Shown here piece by piece: positions 58,410-64,000 of a DNA stretch of 64,000 bases. The DNA is from Candidatus Heimdallarchaeota archaeon (GTDB lineage: Archaea; Asgardarchaeota; Heimdallarchaeia; JABLTI01). The DNA is taken from assembly GCA_018238155.1 (NCBI GenBank), contig JABCTZ010000006.1:7321-71320 (forward strand), read 5' to 3'. A program made the translations under genes and the position numbers. Numbering within the stretch: the first letter of the stretch is position 1; each line of letters opens with the position of its first letter. The notes below the pieces were generated by a model. That model had not been told where the DNA came from. It did not search any database and saw only the letters and a list, made by a program, of their open reading frames with translations.

Positions 58410-58964
58410 AGATGATTTTTTTTATCTGTCCTCGAAAATTGAAAATGTTTTACTCGATGTTTTTTGATTCACAGTATCGGATTGATTGCTAGCAATAACC
58501 TCTTTCTTACGATGGCTTCGGTTCAAGTTTTCAGCCCAAAAATCTAGTTCAATTGGCATTCTTTTTCTTTACCTTCTCAAGATTAGTTTGTAGTGAAAGA
58601 ATATTTCAGTAATTCAATAAAAACAACTGCAATATCGGGATAGTTACCCCAATATTAGCCTTTAAAAGAATTTGGAGAGGAAAAATAAACAAAAAGAAGG
58701 GTCTTCATAGCGACAAAAACACTGATGCTTTTTCCCACAAAGCATAAAAAGAATCAATAAAACGTACAATTAGAAACTAATTTGTCTTCAAATCTAGAAA
58801 AGCTATTTGAAGTTGCTTGTGTAAAAATATGCTCTTTGTTTGACCACTCAGAAGGACGGCTAGAACAGAAAACGCTACAAGATAAACAAGCACTTGGTAC
58901 TGATAGATTTTGAAGGAAATGGATTACAGATTAAATAATTGATAGTAGGGTAGATGATAGAACA

Positions 58965-60197
58965 ATGTCAAATATAGAAGATTTCACAAAAGAATTAGAA
59001 ATTTCTACATTCTCAAAACCAATTCTAAAAGAAATGGGGATAAAGTCAATCTTCTTAGTTACATTTGATATTATTCTAGGACCAATAGCTTATGTCAATA
59101 CATTGACACCTGAAAAAAGTGAATACCTTGAATTCTTGGAAAATCTAGCGCATCTAGGAGAATTTTATACTGGGATATCACACGCTCAAATTGATAAAGT
59201 AACAACAAGAACCGGAGAAGAGATGATAGTTGGACGCGCAACAAGAAAAGTAAATGAAATGGAATTAATTGATATTGCTGTAGCTATAGTAGACTCAACA
59301 GAATATCAAAATGAAATTGTTAAGATGCTGAAATTCGTAGTTCGTACTTCATATGGTAATCCAAAGAACTTTTGTGATTTATTAGACAGAGTACTGCTAG
59401 AATATCAAGACCTCGGAAAGAAAAATGCCAAGGCTGGAAAATTCGCTGTATATAAAGACACATCAAAAGCAAAAGTGACAAATATAGCAAAGATATATCA
59501 CAATTGGAAAGGCGTGCTCTTCATAGATTTTGAAAAAGATAACGTAAACAGCTCATTTATGCCTGATTGGATTGAAGCAAGCAAAATAAATTCACAGGAA
59601 ATAGCACAAAAAACAAGAAATATGTACGCAGAAGGAGTTATCCTTCCAAGATCAAAACAAATTTTTTCGATGGTAAGCATAAAGGGTAAACAAGTAATTG
59701 CCGTATCAACAAATAATTCACGGTTTGTAACAATAATATATCCCACAGCAGACGGAATGACAAAAATATCAACTATAGCAGAAAATATGGATATTATTAA
59801 CGAAGCTTTGAGCGAAGTAGGAATGCAAGTCAATACAGAAGCAATGAAAAGTACTCTTGAAATGATCGATAAAAGAATAAGAGTAAATGACACAAGTGCA
59901 TTAATGAAAGAAGTAATTGTTCTAATGTTGAGAGCAGAAGAGCTGATGCCAAAGAACAAGATACAACAAAAAGAATTCGAAACATTTCAAGGAGGAATAC
60001 AAAAGAAATATTTCAAAGGATTAAGAAAAGCATTCGAAGAATTTGATGGCACAAAAACAATACTAGAAATTGCTCGAAAAGCAAATGTTAGTTTGGATAA
60101 AATGGCTGATTTTGTGTCGTTTTGTATGACAAGGGGAATTGTACAAGTTTTTACTAAAAATGGCCGAACAAGAACACCTGAAAGGAAAATTGTCTAA
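58965..60197 (+). CDS. Hypothetical protein with two longin/roadblock-like modules and a C-terminal winged helix
   Basis: The beta-beta-alpha-beta-beta-beta-alpha pattern occurs twice (IFLVTFDIILGPIAYVN... and GVLFIDFEKDNV...IFSMVSIKGKQVIAVSTNNSRFVTIIYP...). The C-terminal wHTH-like segment is TILEIARKANVSLDKMADFVSFCMTRGIVQVF. Confidence 0.6.
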   Translation: MSNIEDFTKELEISTFSKPILKEMGIKSIFLVTFDIILGPIAYVNTLTPEKSEYLEFLENLAHLGEFYTGISHAQIDKVTTRTGEEMIVGRATRKVNEMELIDIAVAIVDSTEYQNEIVKMLKFVVRTSYGNPKNFCDLLDRVLLEYQDLGKKNAKAGKFAVYKDTSKAKVTNIAKIYHNWKGVLFIDFEKDNVNSSFMPDWIEASKINSQEIAQKTRNMYAEGVILPRSKQIFSMVSIKGKQVIAVSTNNSRFVTIIYPTADGMTKISTIAENMDIINEALSEVGMQVNTEAMKSTLEMIDKRIRVNDTSALMKEVIVLMLRAEELMPKNKIQQKEFETFQGGIQKKYFKGLRKAFEEFDGTKTILEIARKANVSLDKMADFVSFCMTRGIVQVFTKNGRTRTPERKIV

Positions 60198-60370
60198 GTA
60201 AAAACAGTAACAAACAAACAATAAATTGAAAATAAGACTTATTTTTGATAAAAAAATTCACAAACAAAATAGCGATACATTCTTTTGTATTGAATAAAAG
60301 AGGCTATTACTTCACAAAATGAAGCGATAGAATAAATGAATAAATAAGTTGGGTGTGTGTGAAATTGACA

Positions 60371-60652
60371 ATGCAATATGTAGTTAAGAAAATGGCAAAA
60401 ATACATTGTGCAAAAGGACCAAAGGGCTGCAAGAAATGTCAAGAATATGTGAAAGAGATAAGATATGCATTATTGGATACCAATCCACAAGAAAATGAAT
60501 TAGCAGCAAGACCAATGATAGAGTTGGAAATAGCTAGCGGCGAAAAAATTTGGGTAACTTTTGACATAATAGCCTATTTTGATACATTGGATGCAGTAAA
60601 AGAATATGCAGTAAAAAAAGGCATTGAAATTGAGCAAATAATTGAAGAATAG
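60371..60652 (+). CDS. Small hypothetical protein
   Basis: 93-99 aa ORF (ATG at 60371, GTG at 60353) with a CAKGPKGCKKC cysteine pair near the N-terminus. Confidence 0.45.
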   Translation: MQYVVKKMAKIHCAKGPKGCKKCQEYVKEIRYALLDTNPQENELAARPMIELEIASGEKIWVTFDIIAYFDTLDAVKEYAVKKGIEIEQIIEE

Positions 60653-60760
60653 AATTTATGAAGGTTTATTTGCCAAAAAGAATCAATGATCCTTCCATTC
60701 AATAAAAAACAGTAAATGTGTAAGAATATAACTAAGACATAGATCGAATAAAATGATCTA

Positions 60761-61813
60761 TCAGAAACTTAAACCAAAAAAAGAATGCTTCTCAATTTGT
60801 TGTTTAAGATCAGGTTTTATCTGTATGCAAATATCAATAACTAAAGTCATTAAATCTTCTGAAGTCTGTTTAGTAAATTTCTTGAATTGTTCACTGTCAA
60901 TTTTATCATTTGAACACAATCTTAACAAGTCAATACATTTTTGAATAATATTACTCATTTCCTTTTCATATGTTGCACGAATTTCAATTTCTGTTTTTTG
61001 CTTTCGCAAATTTTTTATCAAAGCACGAAGAATTTTGGTACTTTTTGAACCATAAACAGTTCTCTTTTCAAATGAAATAGTTGTTACATCAGCATTTTTA
61101 TAATTTTTAATAGATGCCTGAGGAACGCCAATAACATTAACTGTTTGAGGAATTACATATGAGCTTGAATAGTTGATCACTTTGTGAAAGGGAAAAGGAG
61201 TAAGTAAATTCAGAATAGAAACTGTATTAGAGGCAGATAATATATCACCACAAATGATTATTGTTTTGTAAGACAATAAGGCATATATAACGGCATCTAA
61301 ATTGGATTTTATATGCTCTAGAAGAAACGTGATAGAAACATCAGTAGCGGTATTCATCTTAGTACGAAAAACAGCTAAACTCTCTTCTGAAAACCTTTTC
61401 ATTTCAGTTGAGCTTCGATCAAAAGAGGATAAAACATTATCAATTATTTTATCAATTAGTTGTTCAGCTTCATTGGAGAAGCAGTAATCTGCGTGAATCT
61501 CTTTAATTTCAAATGAAATTTTGGATGCTATTTTAGATAGAATCTGATCGATTATTTCCCTTTTAAAAGCTATATTGATATCCTTAATAATGACAACACC
61601 AAAATACTTTCTTATTTCCATATATATTTCATGTGTTTTTGTAGCAAAGTATTTCGCTTCACCAACATCTATTGTAGATAGAAATGCCTGTATGGCTGAA
61701 ATAGCTCCTGAAAAAAGAGTAGCCCTGTCAATAGATTCTTTTTCTATTGATTGCAATTTTCTGAAATATAGAGGAAGTCCACTTCGAGAAATAATATAAA
61801 CAGCATCTAGCAT
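60761..61813 (-). CDS. Longin (uDENN-like) + cDENN-like + helical (dDENN-like) protein
   Basis: N-terminal longin pattern (AVYIISRSGLPLYF / ATLFSGAISAIQAFLSTI / YFATKTHEIYMEIRKYFGVVII). The core DAVIYALLSYKTIIICGDILSASNTVSILNLLTPFPFHKVINYSSSYVIPQTVNVIGVP resembles the cDENN signature. The tail is helical. Confidence 0.6.
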   Translation of the reverse strand: MLDAVYIISRSGLPLYFRKLQSIEKESIDRATLFSGAISAIQAFLSTIDVGEAKYFATKTHEIYMEIRKYFGVVIIKDINIAFKREIIDQILSKIASKISFEIKEIHADYCFSNEAEQLIDKIIDNVLSSFDRSSTEMKRFSEESLAVFRTKMNTATDVSITFLLEHIKSNLDAVIYALLSYKTIIICGDILSASNTVSILNLLTPFPFHKVINYSSSYVIPQTVNVIGVPQASIKNYKNADVTTISFEKRTVYGSKSTKILRALIKNLRKQKTEIEIRATYEKEMSNIIQKCIDLLRLCSNDKIDSEQFKKFTKQTSEDLMTLVIDICIQIKPDLKQQIEKHSFFGLSF

Positions 61814-62008
61814 TTTGTAAAAAACAAATTAGTATCCATTTTAAATGTTCGTTAAGATTCATGAAGGGACGATGAACGCTTCTTTTGTCGGTAGAAATGC
61901 TTTTGCCTGTGTGCTCGAATTCATCCCTAGAATGAACTTCAAGACTTGATAGCTACATAAACTGAATAAACAAAGCAGATTGATCACTCTACTATGATGA
62001 CGATTAAA

Positions 62009-62320
62009 CTATTTAACTAACATCTTATATGTTCTAAAGCTTAACAAAACCATAATTAGAACGAAAATTGCACCAAATAAATAAACAATGGGTGTTATAA
62101 TTTGATTGATAATATCAATTTCTAATATAGCACTAATTATTGCCATGATATAACCAAAAGTAAAGAAAATAACAAGAACGAAAGCAATTTTCCAATACTT
62201 TGCTATTGTAGCGCCATCAGGAAATATTGAAATGATTTTCAAAATCAGATAAAAGCAAAAGCTGAAGCTTATAATTCCGATAGATGCTGAAATAATTGTG
62301 AATATACCTAGTAAATCCAT
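62009..62320 (-). CDS. Small 3-TM membrane protein
   Basis: 103 aa made almost entirely of three hydrophobic helices. Confidence 0.5.
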   Translation of the reverse strand: MDLLGIFTIISASIGIISFSFCFYLILKIISIFPDGATIAKYWKIAFVLVIFFTFGYIMAIISAILEIDIINQIITPIVYLFGAIFVLIMVLLSFRTYKMLVK

Positions 62321-63084
62321 TTTGACATCACATCCTTCTATTTGGAAATAGTTATAAATCTTTTTTTAGCACAAAAAAAACACTTATTATAAAAGTAACA
62401 GTAAACAGATAAAAAATACTCTCTCCAGAGGAAAAATTAACAGTAAAAGTAAAGAGAAAATATTTTATTCCAACAACGGGAATAATAAACATGAGGAAAG
62501 GTTTTAATACTACTGCTTCAAAACAAAACAAGTCAAAAGACGAAAACTCGGGATGGAACGCAAGAGAAATAAAAACTTGCAGACCATTTGCTTATTGGAG
62601 CAAAAGTTTAAAAACAAAAAACTTCACCGACAGAGATTAGTTTCTTCATGAAACTGCTCGCACCGTATATGAAGGCGACAATCCGACTAGGAGCATACCG
62701 CTCTAGAATGACAGGTTGCAAAAATCCAAGCGAGCAAACAATGAAAAAAGAAACGAAAAATCTCAAAAAAATAAATAATATTAAATAACAATAAATAACA
62801 TCAAAAAATAATAATCATTATGTTTACTATGAGATCCCGAAATAAAACGGTTCGGGGTTGATGAAAACCAACTCGCGCTATTATATATTACCCCCAATAG
62901 AATAAAAGCAAAATTGCATGGTTAAAAGACATGTAAAGGTTGTACAAACTAATAATTCCTACTGTTAGAAAGCAAATATTTTTCTAGTGGAAAGTAAGAT
63001 CTTGTTAATAGTAAACCCGTACACAAAAAACCCTGTTATGTTTATACCATAAATGGTCCATAACTAATCAAAAACAGGAATCAA

Positions 63085-64000
<916 letters not shown>

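Noticed and set aside
59498-59959. 153-aa minus-strand ORF
   Set aside because: It is embedded antisense within the 410-aa plus-strand ORF, and the longer frame is more plausible.
60239-60944. 67-aa minus-strand ORF (60239-60442) and 63-aa plus-strand ORF (60753-60944)
   Set aside because: They overlap the better-supported 60371-60652 and 60761-61813 genes, respectively, and have no motifs.
62656-62735. Possible tRNA in the GC-enriched island upstream of the 16S gene
   Set aside because: The terminal 6-bp pairing resembles an acceptor stem. However, there is no D-loop GG, no T-loop GTTCRANYC-like sequence and no consistent cloverleaf.

Overview
This is a strongly AT-rich, gene-dense archaeal chromosomal segment of about 60 protein genes. 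It has short intergenic spacers, no CRISPR array and no recognisable transposase or integrase. It ends in the 5' two-thirds of a much more GC-rich archaeal 16S rRNA gene (from about 63085).

All homology calls are motif recognition by eye; no searches were run.

Housekeeping content:
- Translation: NAC, uS12-uS7, KEOPS Cgi121, a THUMP protein, a beta-CASP RNase.
- Nucleotide metabolism: UMP kinase, PyrK/PyrD, MtnA, two phosphoribosyltransferases.
- Chaperones and cofactors: grpE-dnaK, LarB/LarE.
- Other enzymes: signal peptidase I, HyuA/HyuB, a homocysteine methyltransferase-domain protein, an aldo-keto reductase, a GHMP kinase.

Eukaryote-like or otherwise unusual content:
- A 77-aa ubiquitin look-alike whose ORF ends exactly in Gly-Gly.
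- A ThiF/E1-like gene coupled to HD and PAC2 (proteasome assembly chaperone) genes.
- Several longin/roadblock-like proteins, one of which continues into a DENN-like core.
- An operon of a longin-like protein plus two paralogous 7-TM proteins.
- An Alg9/PIG-B-like GT22 mannosyltransferase.
- A bacterial-type PlsY acyltransferase.
- A uS7 with an obligatory ~150-aa Lys-rich N-terminal tail.
- A histidine-kinase-like protein with an embedded CxxC thioredoxin fold and no phospho-acceptor His.
- A single 6.9-kb ORF encoding a 2308-aa helical solenoid that ends in a PCI-like winged helix.

Taken together this is most consistent with an Asgard (Loki-like) archaeon. That assignment is inference.
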